DNA from: an uncultured Syntrophaceae bacterium
GTDB taxonomy: Bacteria > Desulfobacterota > Syntrophia > Syntrophales > UBA2210
Reading direction: 5' to 3'
Length of the DNA: 64,000 nucleotides
NCBI GenBank assembly: GCA_964394725.1
Contig: CAYMYS010000004.1
Location: 821-64,820 of the forward strand
Shown here: piece by piece, positions 1 to 9,157 of the stretch
Layout of the letters: each line of letters begins with the position of its first letter
Numbering within the stretch: the first letter of the stretch is position 1
Notes under the pieces: model-generated
Database searches by the model: none
Seen by the model: only the letters and a program-made list of their open reading frames with translations
Told to the model about the DNA's origin: nothing
Translations under genes and position numbers: made by a program

Positions 1-2375
1 GTCGTTCCGATCTTAAAGGGTTCCCCTCCGGAAATACCGGAAGCAGCATAGGCGGCAAGTGCCACCGGTGGTGTGACATCGGCCAGGATTGCATAGAAAA
101 ATACGAACATGTGCGAGATCAGGGGATGTACACCGAATTCAAGCAAGGCAGGGGCGGCAATAATGGCCGCGATAATATACTGTGCCGTTGTGGGCAACCC
201 CATGCCGAGGACAAAACAGGCCATGGCGGCATAGACGAGGATAAAGAAGAGCACCGTTCCTTCGACAGGGAGCAGGTGCATGACATCGGCATGAGCAATA
301 AAAGCGGCCGTGGCATCGGCCATCCTGATCGTCAGTTGTCCCACCTTTAGCCCCAGACCGGTCAGCATCGTAGTCCCCACGATCAGCCCCACGGAGGCCA
401 CAGCGGCGCCGATGGCTAGGGCATTTCTCGTTCCCATTTCCAGGGCGTTGACAATCTGAGGAATGCGCATCCTGCTGTCCTTGTAGCACACACCCATGGC
501 AATGACGAGGAGATTGGTCCAAAGGGCGGCGAGGAAGGGCTTGACATTGAAGATCAGCATGACCAGCAGGAACACCACGGGAATCAGTCCGATCAGCCAG
601 TCCGACCGCCTGCATCGGAGGTATGTCCAGAGGAGACCGGCTATCATGATAATCAGCCACAGGGCGAGAAAGGTGAATGAAGTATGGAAGGGACTGAAAT
701 GAGTGAGCACGCTCGGCAGAGACAGGATAACGGGCACTATAAAGATCAGCATGCGTGTCGATACCTGACCGAGGGAGCAGGCGATAATAATGGCCCAGAA
801 GGCTGCAAGAAAGGGTGTAAAGCCGGCAATGAGCAGGTATACGATCACAAAAAGCGGGAGCAGCATGATGCCCCGCTCCTTGATTATCTTCGTGATCTTC
901 GGAAGTTCTTCTCGGGGCAATCCCTTCATCCCCTGCTTTAGCGCCTCAAAATGGACCATAACGCCGATTGCATAGAAGTGGAGAAAGGCGGGAATAACGG
1001 CGGCAAAGGCAATCTTTATATAGGGTATTCCCAGAAATTCCGCCATGATAAAGGCCGCTGCGCCCATGATGGGTGGCATGATCTGCCCCCCTGTAGAGGC
1101 CGATGCCTCGACGGCGCCAGCAAATTCGGGCCTGTAGCCCACTCGTTTCATGAGGGGAATGGTAAATGATCCCGTGGTCACCGTGTTGGCGATGGAACTG
1201 CCGCTGATTGATCCCAGAAATCCGCTGGATATGACGGACACCTTGGCAGGGCCTCCCGGTGAACCGCCGGCTATGGCCATGGCTAGATCTATAAATAATT
1301 GTCCCAGGCCGGTATGGGAGATAAAGAGCCCGAAAAGCACAAAGTGGAACACATAGGTGGCACAGACGCCGAGGGGAATGCCGTATATGCCTTCCGTTCC
1401 CGTATACATGTGCTCAACGATGCGCATCACCGTGTAGCCCCTGTGGGCAAAAAGGGAAAAAACAGGAATCTCAGCCATGTAGGGACCGACATAACAATAA
1501 ATAATTGCAAGAAGAGAGATAAGGGTCAGCGGAAGACCGATACTGCGCCGCGTTCCTTCCAAAACGAGAACAATGGCGAAAATGCCCAGGAGGAGATCGA
1601 GTTTATTCGCCCATCCCGCCCTGAGAAGGAATTGATCGAAATCGACGATAATATAGGAGGAAAGGGCAAAGGCGATAATCGCGAAAATGATGTCGAAATA
1701 GGGTATCTTCAAGGGATGGACTTCGAAGGTTGCAAGTCCCGACATGATCCAGCGAATCGAGGATAATGCCTGAACCAGCAAGACCAGAACAATCAATCCC
1801 AATGTAGATGAGGCCCAGACAATCAGCGGCATGCCCGATTTTGCCAGAACTGCTGCATAGCCGGCAAGGGCAACCTTGCCTATGTAGACCATGGAAAAGA
1901 GGCCCCCAAGGGAAATAAAAAGGTCAATGTGAGGGACTATTCTTCCGGGCAACCAGACACGCTCTTTGAAGTAAAACATGACGCAACCGACAACAAGAAA
2001 CAAAACAAGCGCCCCCTGTGTAGAGATCTCGAAGATACCCGCCGTCAGTATGGCTGACAACCCGCCGCTGATAACACCGTAGATGGCGCTTAATATCAGT
2101 GATTTTCTTCGAGGAACATCCTTCTTGCGTATATTGTAGACGAGATAGATCAGTGTCAAGACAAAGGACAGATGAAAGGCCCGGTGCTTCCATTCCTGAA
2201 GGACACCGAATCCTGCCGTATAAATATGAAAGAGAGAGAGGATCAGACATAAAATCAATACGACGATGCCTGCCTTCTTCGTCAGTGCACGATAGCGGGA
2301 TTCGGGCTCGAATTCTGCGATCAGTTCCTCTTGCTTTTGAGCATCGATATGTGCTTTATCAACGGAATCTTGCAT
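1..2375 (-). CDS. TRAP transporter fused 4TM/12TM permease (TAXI-type), 3' end runs off the window
   Basis: Absent from the ORF track because the frame stays open to position 1. The reverse-strand reading from ATG 2375..2373 gives MQDSVDKAHIDAQKQEELIAEFEPESRYRAL...HIYTAGFGVLQEWKHRAFH. Near position 1 it reads ISHMFVFFYAILADVTPPVALAAYAASGISGGEPFKIGT. This is collinear with the 913-aa permease at 25760..28501 (HMFVLFYAVLADVTPPVALAAYAASGISGADPF). The start overlaps the upstream stop (TAATG). Confidence 0.85.
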   Translation of the reverse strand, partial: MQDSVDKAHIDAQKQEELIAEFEPESRYRALTKKAGIVVLILCLILSLFHIYTAGFGVLQEWKHRAFHLSFVLTLIYLVYNIRKKDVPRRKSLILSAIYGVISGGLSAILTAGIFEISTQGALVLFLVVGCVMFYFKERVWLPGRIVPHIDLFISLGGLFSMVYIGKVALAGYAAVLAKSGMPLIVWASSTLGLIVLVLLVQALSSIRWIMSGLATFEVHPLKIPYFDIIFAIIAFALSSYIIVDFDQFLLRAGWANKLDLLLGIFAIVLVLEGTRRSIGLPLTLISLLAIIYCYVGPYMAEIPVFSLFAHRGYTVMRIVEHMYTGTEGIYGIPLGVCATYVFHFVLFGLFISHTGLGQLFIDLAMAIAGGSPGGPAKVSVISSGFLGSISGSSIANTVTTGSFTIPLMKRVGYRPEFAGAVEASASTGGQIMPPIMGAAAFIMAEFLGIPYIKIAFAAVIPAFLHFYAIGVMVHFEALKQGMKGLPREELPKITKIIKERGIMLLPLFVIVYLLIAGFTPFLAAFWAIIIACSLGQVSTRMLIFIVPVILSLPSVLTHFSPFHTSFTFLALWLIIMIAGLLWTYLRCRRSDWLIGLIPVVFLLVMLIFNVKPFLAALWTNLLVIAMGVCYKDSRMRIPQIVNALEMGTRNALAIGAAVASVGLIVGTTMLTGLGLKVGQLTIRMADATAAFIAHADVMHLLPVEGTVLFFILVYAAMACFVLGMGLPTTAQYIIAAIIAAPALLEFGVHPLISHMFVFFYAILADVTPPVALAAYAASGISGGEPFKIGT

Positions 2376-2890
2376 TATTTCCACAGTACAATCTCCTTAT
2401 AGAGGTATCTGAGCACATTCAACTTGTGCACTCTCATATCCACTAAGCCGTCACCAATGAGAGCAGAGAGGTTGATTGGGGATTCTTCTTTGAATGTGAA
2501 TGTGTTGTTGTAGGGGCGTCCAACACGAATGAATAGAGAGGGAATATGTCGCTTTATGTTTGAAATGGAATAATTTCCATCGTCTTTTTCAGTAAATTGT
2601 TCATTCCCATTCGTCAGGTAAGGCAATCCATAGCCATAACCGGGGAAAATGGTTTCCTCGAGTATCATTCGATAATCCTTATCAATAAAATATATGTCCC
2701 ATACGGGACGATGCTTGACTGAATGAGTGTAACGCGTAGAGAAAACATCTCCCGGATCTACGATTTTCGAATAAATCCATGTTTCGTCTTTCGCGTTTTG
2801 AAGACCAAGGACATAGACTGGATAGAACCACAGGCAACATAAGACAACGAGTATTATTAAAGCTATAACAAAGGTTTTAGATTTCACCAT
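2375..2890 (-). CDS. DUF1850 domain protein (TAXI-TRAP associated, one N-terminal TM helix)
   Basis: 171-aa ORF between the TAXI binding protein and the fused permease. It has an N-terminal hydrophobic helix and is paralogous to 25235..25747. This is the gene order typical of TAXI-TRAP loci. Confidence 0.8.
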   Translation of the reverse strand: MVKSKTFVIALIILVVLCCLWFYPVYVLGLQNAKDETWIYSKIVDPGDVFSTRYTHSVKHRPVWDIYFIDKDYRMILEETIFPGYGYGLPYLTNGNEQFTEKDDGNYSISNIKRHIPSLFIRVGRPYNNTFTFKEESPINLSALIGDGLVDMRVHKLNVLRYLYKEIVLWK

Positions 2891-2912
2891 GGATTCCTAT
2901 GAACACGATAAA

Positions 2913-2955
2913 ATTACCGGATACCCTCTGCCCGAGGGTTTGGGTATCCGGTAAT
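2913..2955 (-). terminator. Intercistronic stem-loop between the TAXI binding-protein gene and the membrane-component genes
   Basis: Perfect 14-bp inverted repeat ATTACCGGATACCC / GGGTATCCGGTAAT, followed on the minus strand by TTTATCG. It lies 64 nt after the TAXI stop codon. Confidence 0.5.
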
Positions 2956-3018
2956 GCGGTTTTACATCATCGACAGTGGTTAAAAGCTATACAAAATCTG
3001 AAACGATAGGGGGCCAGC

Positions 3019-4029
3019 TTACTTCATCAGCCCTTTTTCCTTGTAATACTTTTCCGCGCCTGCATGGAATGGTATGGTGATGCCATCCAATGCCGTATCC
3101 AGCGTTACATCTTTGCCTTGCTGATGGACCTTGGCAAGAATTTCGGCGCCGCTCTCAAGGTCTTTTTTCGCTCTGTAGAGCATGGGTGTCTTTTCATAGA
3201 GGACCTTGGTCATTTCATATACCAGTTTCTCCGAGACCTTTTCGTGTGTAACCCATATTGCCATCATTGCAATGGTCTGTACAGGCTCGCTCTGCCCCTT
3301 ATAGGTATTTGCCGGTATGGTCATGGAGACATAGAAGGGAAACTTCGCTGTCAATTTTTTAACGGCCTCAGGGGAAAGAGACACGAAATTCGTTTTCTTT
3401 GACATGGTCAGGTCAATAATAGCCGAGGCAGGGAATCCAGCTGTCTTGAAAAGCATGTCGTCCTGATCATCCTTGAGACGCGATGCGGCCACGCTGTAAT
3501 CCACATAATCGGGCTTTATCATGTCATAGGTAATGCCGTGGGAGGTAAGGATGTTTCTGGTGTCGAATTCGGTTCCACTTCCCTTGTCACCAACGGCGAT
3601 CCGTTTCCCTTTGATATCGGCGATGGTCTTGATCCCCGTTTCCGCTCGGGCAACGATCTGAATAGTCTCGGGATAAAGAGAAGCAATGGCGCGGAGATTC
3701 TTCAGCGCACGGCCCTTCCAGGGTCCTATGCCGTTGTATGCCGAATCGGCAACGTTGTTCTGTACAAAGGCCGTTTCCGCATCTTCCTTGGCTACGATGT
3801 TACAGTTGGCTACTGAAGCATTTCCACTCTGGGCAGATGCTGAAACATTGGCGACCTTATTGGAAATGATCTGGGCAAGTGCGCCTCCCAGGGGATAATA
3901 GACACCGCCCGTACCGCCTGTTACGATTGCGACAAAATCTACCTTTCTGGCATCGGCCGAACCGCCGAAGAGAAGACTGAGGGACAGGACTAAAGCCAAC
4001 ATAAGTACTAATACCTTGCTTTTTTTCAT
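3019..4029 (-). CDS. TAXI-family TRAP transporter solute-binding protein (signal peptide)
   Basis: 336 aa. Signal peptide MKKSKVLVLMLALVLSLSLLFGGSADA. Contains TGGTGGVYYPLGGALAQ and C-terminal HAGAEKYYKEKG, both typical of TAXI binding proteins. Paralog at 24142..25164. Confidence 0.9.
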   Translation of the reverse strand: MKKSKVLVLMLALVLSLSLLFGGSADARKVDFVAIVTGGTGGVYYPLGGALAQIISNKVANVSASAQSGNASVANCNIVAKEDAETAFVQNNVADSAYNGIGPWKGRALKNLRAIASLYPETIQIVARAETGIKTIADIKGKRIAVGDKGSGTEFDTRNILTSHGITYDMIKPDYVDYSVAASRLKDDQDDMLFKTAGFPASAIIDLTMSKKTNFVSLSPEAVKKLTAKFPFYVSMTIPANTYKGQSEPVQTIAMMAIWVTHEKVSEKLVYEMTKVLYEKTPMLYRAKKDLESGAEILAKVHQQGKDVTLDTALDGITIPFHAGAEKYYKEKGLMK

Positions 4030-4240
4030 AACTTTCTCCTTTCAATCATTAAGAGTTATCACAATACAGCTTCTACAATGCTCTACTACCACCTCCTTCC
4101 GGTCAATGACATGTATACAATTACGCATGACCGACCTCTTTCGGTCGGTATTATGGGCCGATCTTCCTAATGCCTGAAAATGGGATATTCTCCATTCTTC
4201 GGGCACATTTTATGTTTTCTTGTTAAGAACAACATCGTTG

Positions 4241-5101
4241 TTACTGGACATATTCCAGCAGTTCATCGAGATTTCCGGCAACACTGACACCGGCTTCGGT
4301 CAGGCTTTTCACTTTCGATTCCGGAGTGCCGAAGCCCCCCGATATGATCGCACCGGCATGGCCCATCCTCTTTTCGCGGGGCGCCGTCAGACCGGCAATA
4401 TAGGCCACAACCTCCTTGGGATATTTGCTTTCCTTGATGTACCGGGCTGCACGCTCCTCTCCCGTGCCGCCGATTTCACCAATCATAATGACCTTCTTCG
4501 TTTCCTCATCATCGCGAAACATCTTCAGTATATCGATAAAATCGGTCTTCTTGACGGCATCGCCACCGATGCCGACGCAGGTTGACTGTCCGATCCCCCG
4601 GTACGTCAAATTCGAGGCAATCTCGTGGGTAAGGGTGCCGCTCCGGGAGACAACGCCCACATCGCCCCGGCTGTAGATAAATCCGGGCATTATGCCGATC
4701 TTGCTCTGTTCGGGACTGATGATGCCGATGGTATTCGGTCCTACGATACATGTGCCCTCTGCGACGGCCCGGCTTCTGATGGTGAGGGCGTCGTGGATCG
4801 GGACAAACTCCGTGATAATAACGATGAGGGGGATGCCACTTTCCATGGCTTCCATACTTGCGCCGAGGACGCCTCCAGGCGGAACGATGATCATGGTCGC
4901 ATCGATGCGATGATTTGTCTTTGCCTCAGAAACAGTGTCATAGACGGGCAGGTCGTATACCTTCTCGCCGCCCCGTCCCGGTGTAGCACCGCCGATGACC
5001 TTTACATTATATTCCAGCATCTTCAGGGCGTGGTATCTGCCCTGCGTGCCCGTTATTCCCTGTATCAATACCCGGGTTTCTTCTTTTACCAGTATAGCCA
5101 C
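4241..5101 (-). CDS. sucD: Succinate--CoA ligase (ADP-forming) alpha subunit
   Basis: 286 aa. Contains RVLIQGITGTQGRYH, VSRSGTLTHE and the catalytic-His context RMGHAGAIISGG. Confidence 0.92.
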   Translation of the reverse strand: MAILVKEETRVLIQGITGTQGRYHALKMLEYNVKVIGGATPGRGGEKVYDLPVYDTVSEAKTNHRIDATMIIVPPGGVLGASMEAMESGIPLIVIITEFVPIHDALTIRSRAVAEGTCIVGPNTIGIISPEQSKIGIMPGFIYSRGDVGVVSRSGTLTHEIASNLTYRGIGQSTCVGIGGDAVKKTDFIDILKMFRDDEETKKVIMIGEIGGTGEERAARYIKESKYPKEVVAYIAGLTAPREKRMGHAGAIISGGFGTPESKVKSLTEAGVSVAGNLDELLEYVQ

Positions 5102-5104
5102 TAC

Positions 5105-6259
5105 TTACAGCTCCTTTTCCTTCACTTTTTCATTCAATAGAATAACCGCTTCACTCGTGGTCCCCAATTTAATAATGGGAATCTTTCGCTCTTCCAGAAG
5201 GGCCCATCCTTCGTCCTGAGAATGTCCCCGCATTTTTACTACAATGACCTGGTTCGGTTTCTCTTCATCCACGACCCGGACAATCCCCTTCGCCATCTGT
5301 TCACAATTGTTTATACCGCCGAAAAGATTGAGGAGTACCCCTTTGACGCCGGGAGTTTTCAATACGATGCGCAATGCCGCCGCCGTTTTTTCTTCGGTAG
5401 CACCGCCGCCCAGGTCGAGAAAGTTTGCCGGTTTTTTCCCGTGGGCCGCTATCATGTCCATGGAGGCCATGCCCAGTCCCGCACCGCCTGCAATCAAACC
5501 GATGTCGCCTCCGCCCATCCCGACATAGGATACACCTGCGCTACGGGCTTCACGCTCCAGCGGATCGAGGGTTTCATCTTCCCGTTTTACAGTGTCCATA
5601 TTTTTGACGCGGGAGAGCCCCGCGTCGTCTATTTCAATCTTTGAATCGGCAGCTATCGCCCGACCCGATTCATCCAGGACCAGGGGATTGATCTCCGTGG
5701 TGATGGCCTGACAGGCGGTATAACAGCGAACCAGGCTGAGTAAGACTTTTGCAAGAGCTAAAACAGGTGTTCCATTGATCCCCGTTCTTTTGATGATATC
5801 AATCATATGGTAGAGCCGGTATTTTTTTAATGGATCAAGATGCTCTTGAGCCAGTCTATCGGGCATCTCTCTGGAGACCTTCTCAATATCGACGCCCCCT
5901 TCGGAAGAGACGATCAAGAGGGGGAGTGATTTCTGGGGGTCCAGCGTTATCCCCATATAAAACTCTCTCGCAATGGCCAGCTTTTCTTCTATCAATACCT
6001 GCTTGACCGGGTTGCCGGAAAAACCGGCCGACAGCAGTTCCTTCGCATAGTTTTCCAGTTCCGTCATGTTTTCGGCAAACTTGATGCCCCCCGCCTTTCC
6101 CCGTCCGCCGCTCAGGACCTGGCTCTTGACGACGAGAGGGAAGGTCAGTTCTTCTCCTGCCGCACGGGCCTCGGTCACTGTTGTCGCGACCCTCCCCTCC
6201 GGTGTGGCGATTCCCATCTGACGAAAGAGGGCTTTCCCTTCGAATTCATACAACTTCAT
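5105..6259 (-). CDS. sucC: Succinate--CoA ligase beta subunit (ATP-grasp)
   Basis: 384 aa. MKLYEFEGKALFRQMGIATPEG N-terminus, VVKSQVLSGGRGKAGGIKF, and a 3-nt gap to sucD. Confidence 0.9.
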   Translation of the reverse strand: MKLYEFEGKALFRQMGIATPEGRVATTVTEARAAGEELTFPLVVKSQVLSGGRGKAGGIKFAENMTELENYAKELLSAGFSGNPVKQVLIEEKLAIAREFYMGITLDPQKSLPLLIVSSEGGVDIEKVSREMPDRLAQEHLDPLKKYRLYHMIDIIKRTGINGTPVLALAKVLLSLVRCYTACQAITTEINPLVLDESGRAIAADSKIEIDDAGLSRVKNMDTVKREDETLDPLEREARSAGVSYVGMGGGDIGLIAGGAGLGMASMDMIAAHGKKPANFLDLGGGATEEKTAAALRIVLKTPGVKGVLLNLFGGINNCEQMAKGIVRVVDEEKPNQVIVVKMRGHSQDEGWALLEERKIPIIKLGTTSEAVILLNEKVKEKEL

Positions 6260-6262
6260 CTG

Positions 6263-6820
6263 TTATTTCTGTCCCCCTTCTCTCTGTGCCTTTCCGATCT
6301 CATATCCACGTGCCAGGGCCTTTCGATTCGTCTCGAGGGTCTTGGAGGGGACATTGCCTTCCAGTGATTTTTCGAGGGAGGCAAGCTCAATCAAACCGGT
6401 GATGGCGGCAAGGGCGCCCAGCATAATGATGTTTGCAAAGAGGGACTTTCCGAACTCTTCCTCTGCAATCTTTGTGGCCTCTACGTGGTAGACCCGCTTC
6501 AGATTGTCGGGGATGGTATCTATCAAGGTGGCATCGACGATCACATAGGTCTTCTCAGGATCAACGCCTTCAACATACTTGTCGAGGGCGGGCTGAGACA
6601 TGACGACAAAGGAGTCGATATCGAGGGCCTTAACATAATCTATGGCGCTGTCGCTTATAATCACTTCGGAACGGCAGGCGCCGCCCCGGGCCTCGGGGCC
6701 GTAGCTCTGGGTCTGAGCCACTTCCTTCTCTTCATATAATCCGGCGGCATGGGTCACGAGCAGGGCTGCCTTGACGACGCCCTGTCCACCAAATCCGGCA
6801 AATAGTATCTCATTTCTCAT
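6263..6820 (-). CDS. korC: 2-oxoacid:ferredoxin oxidoreductase gamma subunit
   Basis: 185 aa. FAGFGGQGVVKAALLV matches the gamma-subunit GGQG motif. Overlaps the delta subunit gene by 11 nt. A 2-oxoglutarate substrate is inferred only from linkage to sucCD. Confidence 0.8.
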   Translation of the reverse strand: MRNEILFAGFGGQGVVKAALLVTHAAGLYEEKEVAQTQSYGPEARGGACRSEVIISDSAIDYVKALDIDSFVVMSQPALDKYVEGVDPEKTYVIVDATLIDTIPDNLKRVYHVEATKIAEEEFGKSLFANIIMLGALAAITGLIELASLEKSLEGNVPSKTLETNRKALARGYEIGKAQREGGQK

Positions 6821-7028
6821 TCTTCGAAGCCTCCACTGTTATCGCCATATCGGGGCAAATCATTTCACACATCATACAACCAGTACAGTCCTCGGGACGA
6901 AGGGCATAGGGGATCAGATATCCCTTGGGACTCCTTTTCTCAGAGACGGCAAGCACATCCTTGGGACACTGGTCTATGCAGATGTGACACCCCTTGCAGT
7001 ATATTTCATCAATGATTATTCTGTTCAT
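6810..7028 (-). CDS. korD: 2-oxoacid:ferredoxin oxidoreductase delta subunit (2x[4Fe-4S] ferredoxin-like)
   Basis: 72 aa with two cluster motifs, CKGCHICIDQCP and CTGCMMCEMICP. Overlaps both neighbouring subunit genes. Confidence 0.8.
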   Translation of the reverse strand: MNRIIIDEIYCKGCHICIDQCPKDVLAVSEKRSPKGYLIPYALRPEDCTGCMMCEMICPDMAITVEASKNEK

Positions 7029-7845
7029 GTTGTCCTTTCCTTCCCTTCATCATGGCATAGAGACTTTCAGACAATTCGGGTTTTCCCTGTTCTTCGTAGA
7101 GTGTACCGACAACCATTTTACCCTCCAGTTCTTTCGGGGACATCTTCCCGGCCCAGGCCAGCCTGACGGAGCTTTTTTTCACCATCTTCACCATTTCGGC
7201 TGGATCGCCCGTTCCGTATATATACCTGCCTGCCTGCGTCGGACATTGGGAGACGGCCTGAATAAAGGAAAATCCCTTATGTCGGATGCCTTCTTTTATT
7301 GCCTTTGCAAGTTCTCTGGGATGGGCGGTAGTCCACCGTGCAACATAGGTCGCACCGGCGGCGATGGCCACCTTGCATGCATCAAAGGGCATTTCGGGAT
7401 TTCCATAGGGAGATGTCTGTGTCTTCGACTGAAAGGGTGTCGTTGGCGCCAACTGTCCTCCCGTCATACCGTATATATGATTGTCCATCATGATGACGGT
7501 TATGTCGATATTGCGACGGCAGGCGTGAATAAAGTGATTGCCCCCGATGCCCATGCAGTCTCCGTCTCCCGAAAAGACCATGACGGTGCGTTGGGGATTG
7601 GCAAGCTTGAGACCGGTGGCAGCGGCGATGGCCCTTCCATGCAGTGTATGGATCACATCGGTATTGACAAAAACGGGAACCCAGCTTGAGCATCCGATAC
7701 CCCCCACCAGTGACAGGTTATCTATAATGCCCAGGTCATCCACGACCCGTAAAAAAGAATTGAGCACAGTACCATGTCCGCAACCGGGACAGAATATTGT
7801 CGGCAGTGCGCTCTTTCGTAAATATTTTTCAGCAATAGGATGCAT
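7009..7845 (-). CDS. korB: 2-oxoacid:ferredoxin oxidoreductase beta subunit (TPP-binding)
   Basis: 278 aa. FCPGCGHG, and GDGDCMGIGGNHFIHACRRNIDITVIMMDNHIYGMTGGQ (TPP-binding motif). Confidence 0.88.
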   Translation of the reverse strand: MHPIAEKYLRKSALPTIFCPGCGHGTVLNSFLRVVDDLGIIDNLSLVGGIGCSSWVPVFVNTDVIHTLHGRAIAAATGLKLANPQRTVMVFSGDGDCMGIGGNHFIHACRRNIDITVIMMDNHIYGMTGGQLAPTTPFQSKTQTSPYGNPEMPFDACKVAIAAGATYVARWTTAHPRELAKAIKEGIRHKGFSFIQAVSQCPTQAGRYIYGTGDPAEMVKMVKKSSVRLAWAGKMSPKELEGKMVVGTLYEEQGKPELSESLYAMMKGRKGQHEQNNH

Positions 7846-7905
7846 TGTGTCTCTTTCTCCTTCTCTTTTTCATGATATCTTCACAGGGTATCGTCTGCAC
7901 TGTCA

Positions 7906-9042
7906 TCAACCCGTGACCGCTTCAATAATTTCGTCTGGCCTGTGGAGCACACCGCCCATCTTCGGCAGAGAGATGACATCCTGATCATCGGCGGCGAGTC
8001 GCTCCACTTCATGACAGATCTTCCCGATATTCATTTCCGGTACGATGATCCTCTTGGCATTGCGAATGGCTTTCTTAATCGCCCTGTCGGGGAAGGGCCA
8101 GAGTATCTTTGTGCTGATGAAGCCGACTTTTACCCCCTTGGCCCGGGCCTTCTTGACGGCGTCCAGGGCCGAACGTGCCACGCTCCCGTAGGCAACGACG
8201 ACGCTCTCGGCATCTTCGAGGAATGCCTCTTCCACATATTCCAGCTCTGCAGCATGTCCCGTGATCTTTTCACACAACCGTTTCACGAGGTTTCCGCTGA
8301 CAACGGGATCATTGCCTGCGCGGTTACCTGTCTCATCATGGCACTGGCCGTCGATGAGGAGTTTATAGCCCTGACCGAAGGCGGGCATGCCCTCCAGGAG
8401 TCCCGATGCAAGCGGTTCATAGGGCTTGTAGGTCTCGGGGGACTTTCGGGGTTGTGCGCGCTCTACAACCTCTGCATTCGATGATATATGAATCTTTTCC
8501 CGCGTATGTCCCACTATCTCATCGGAAAGAATGATCACGGGGACGCGATACGTTTCGGCCAGGTTGAAGGCCTTGATGGTCAGGTCGTAGGCCTCTTGTA
8601 CCGATGAGGGACAGAGGGCGATTGCCTCGTAGTCTCCATGGGAACCGTATTTTGCCTGCATAACATCCTGCTGTGAAGAAAGGGTCGGCTGACCCGTCGA
8701 GGGACCGCCTCTCATAACATTGACAATTACGCAGGGTGTTTCCGTTATGGCGGCAAAGCCTATCCCTTCCTGCATCAGCGAAAATCCGGGTCCCGATGTT
8801 GCAGTACAGGCCTTCATCCCTCCCCAGGTAGCACCAACCACTGTCATTATCGAAGCAATTTCATCTTCCATTTGCATGTAAATGCCGTCATGTTCCGGCA
8901 GTTTCAGGGCCATCTGCTCGGCGATCTCCGATGCCGGTGTAATGGGATAGCCGGCAAAGAAACGGCACCCTGCAGCGATTGCCGCATCGACAACGGCCTC
9001 ATTCCCCTGAAGTATCTTGACTTCCTCTTTCATAACATCCAT
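7906..9042 (-). CDS. korA: 2-oxoacid:ferredoxin oxidoreductase alpha subunit
   Basis: 378 aa. LQGNEAVVDAAIAAGCRFFAGYPITPASEI and ATSGPGFSLMQEGIGFAA. First gene of the kor-suc operon. Confidence 0.88.
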   Translation of the reverse strand: MDVMKEEVKILQGNEAVVDAAIAAGCRFFAGYPITPASEIAEQMALKLPEHDGIYMQMEDEIASIMTVVGATWGGMKACTATSGPGFSLMQEGIGFAAITETPCVIVNVMRGGPSTGQPTLSSQQDVMQAKYGSHGDYEAIALCPSSVQEAYDLTIKAFNLAETYRVPVIILSDEIVGHTREKIHISSNAEVVERAQPRKSPETYKPYEPLASGLLEGMPAFGQGYKLLIDGQCHDETGNRAGNDPVVSGNLVKRLCEKITGHAAELEYVEEAFLEDAESVVVAYGSVARSALDAVKKARAKGVKVGFISTKILWPFPDRAIKKAIRNAKRIIVPEMNIGKICHEVERLAADDQDVISLPKMGGVLHRPDEIIEAVTG

Positions 9043-9052
9043 TTCCTTTACT

Positions 9053-9087
9053 AAAAATAGTAGCGGGGAGACAAGGTAAGCTCCCCG
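9053..9087 (-). terminator. Rho-independent terminator downstream of the hom-like gene
   Basis: Minus strand reads CGGGGAG-cttaccttgt-CTCCCCG followed by CTACTATTTTT. Confidence 0.6.
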
Positions 9088-9157
9088 GCAAATAAAAACA
9101 TTGTACTGCTTCCATATCGCGCAAAAAATTTATATTTCGGAAACATGTTTTATGCAC

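Noticed and set aside
1150-1356. Short ORFs that look conserved between 1150-1356 (+) and 26803-27000 (-), and between 111-350 (+) and 27527-28039 (-).
   Set aside because: The similarity comes from the paralogy of the two TRAP permease genes. These ORFs are antisense frames of homologous coding sequence, not independent conserved genes.
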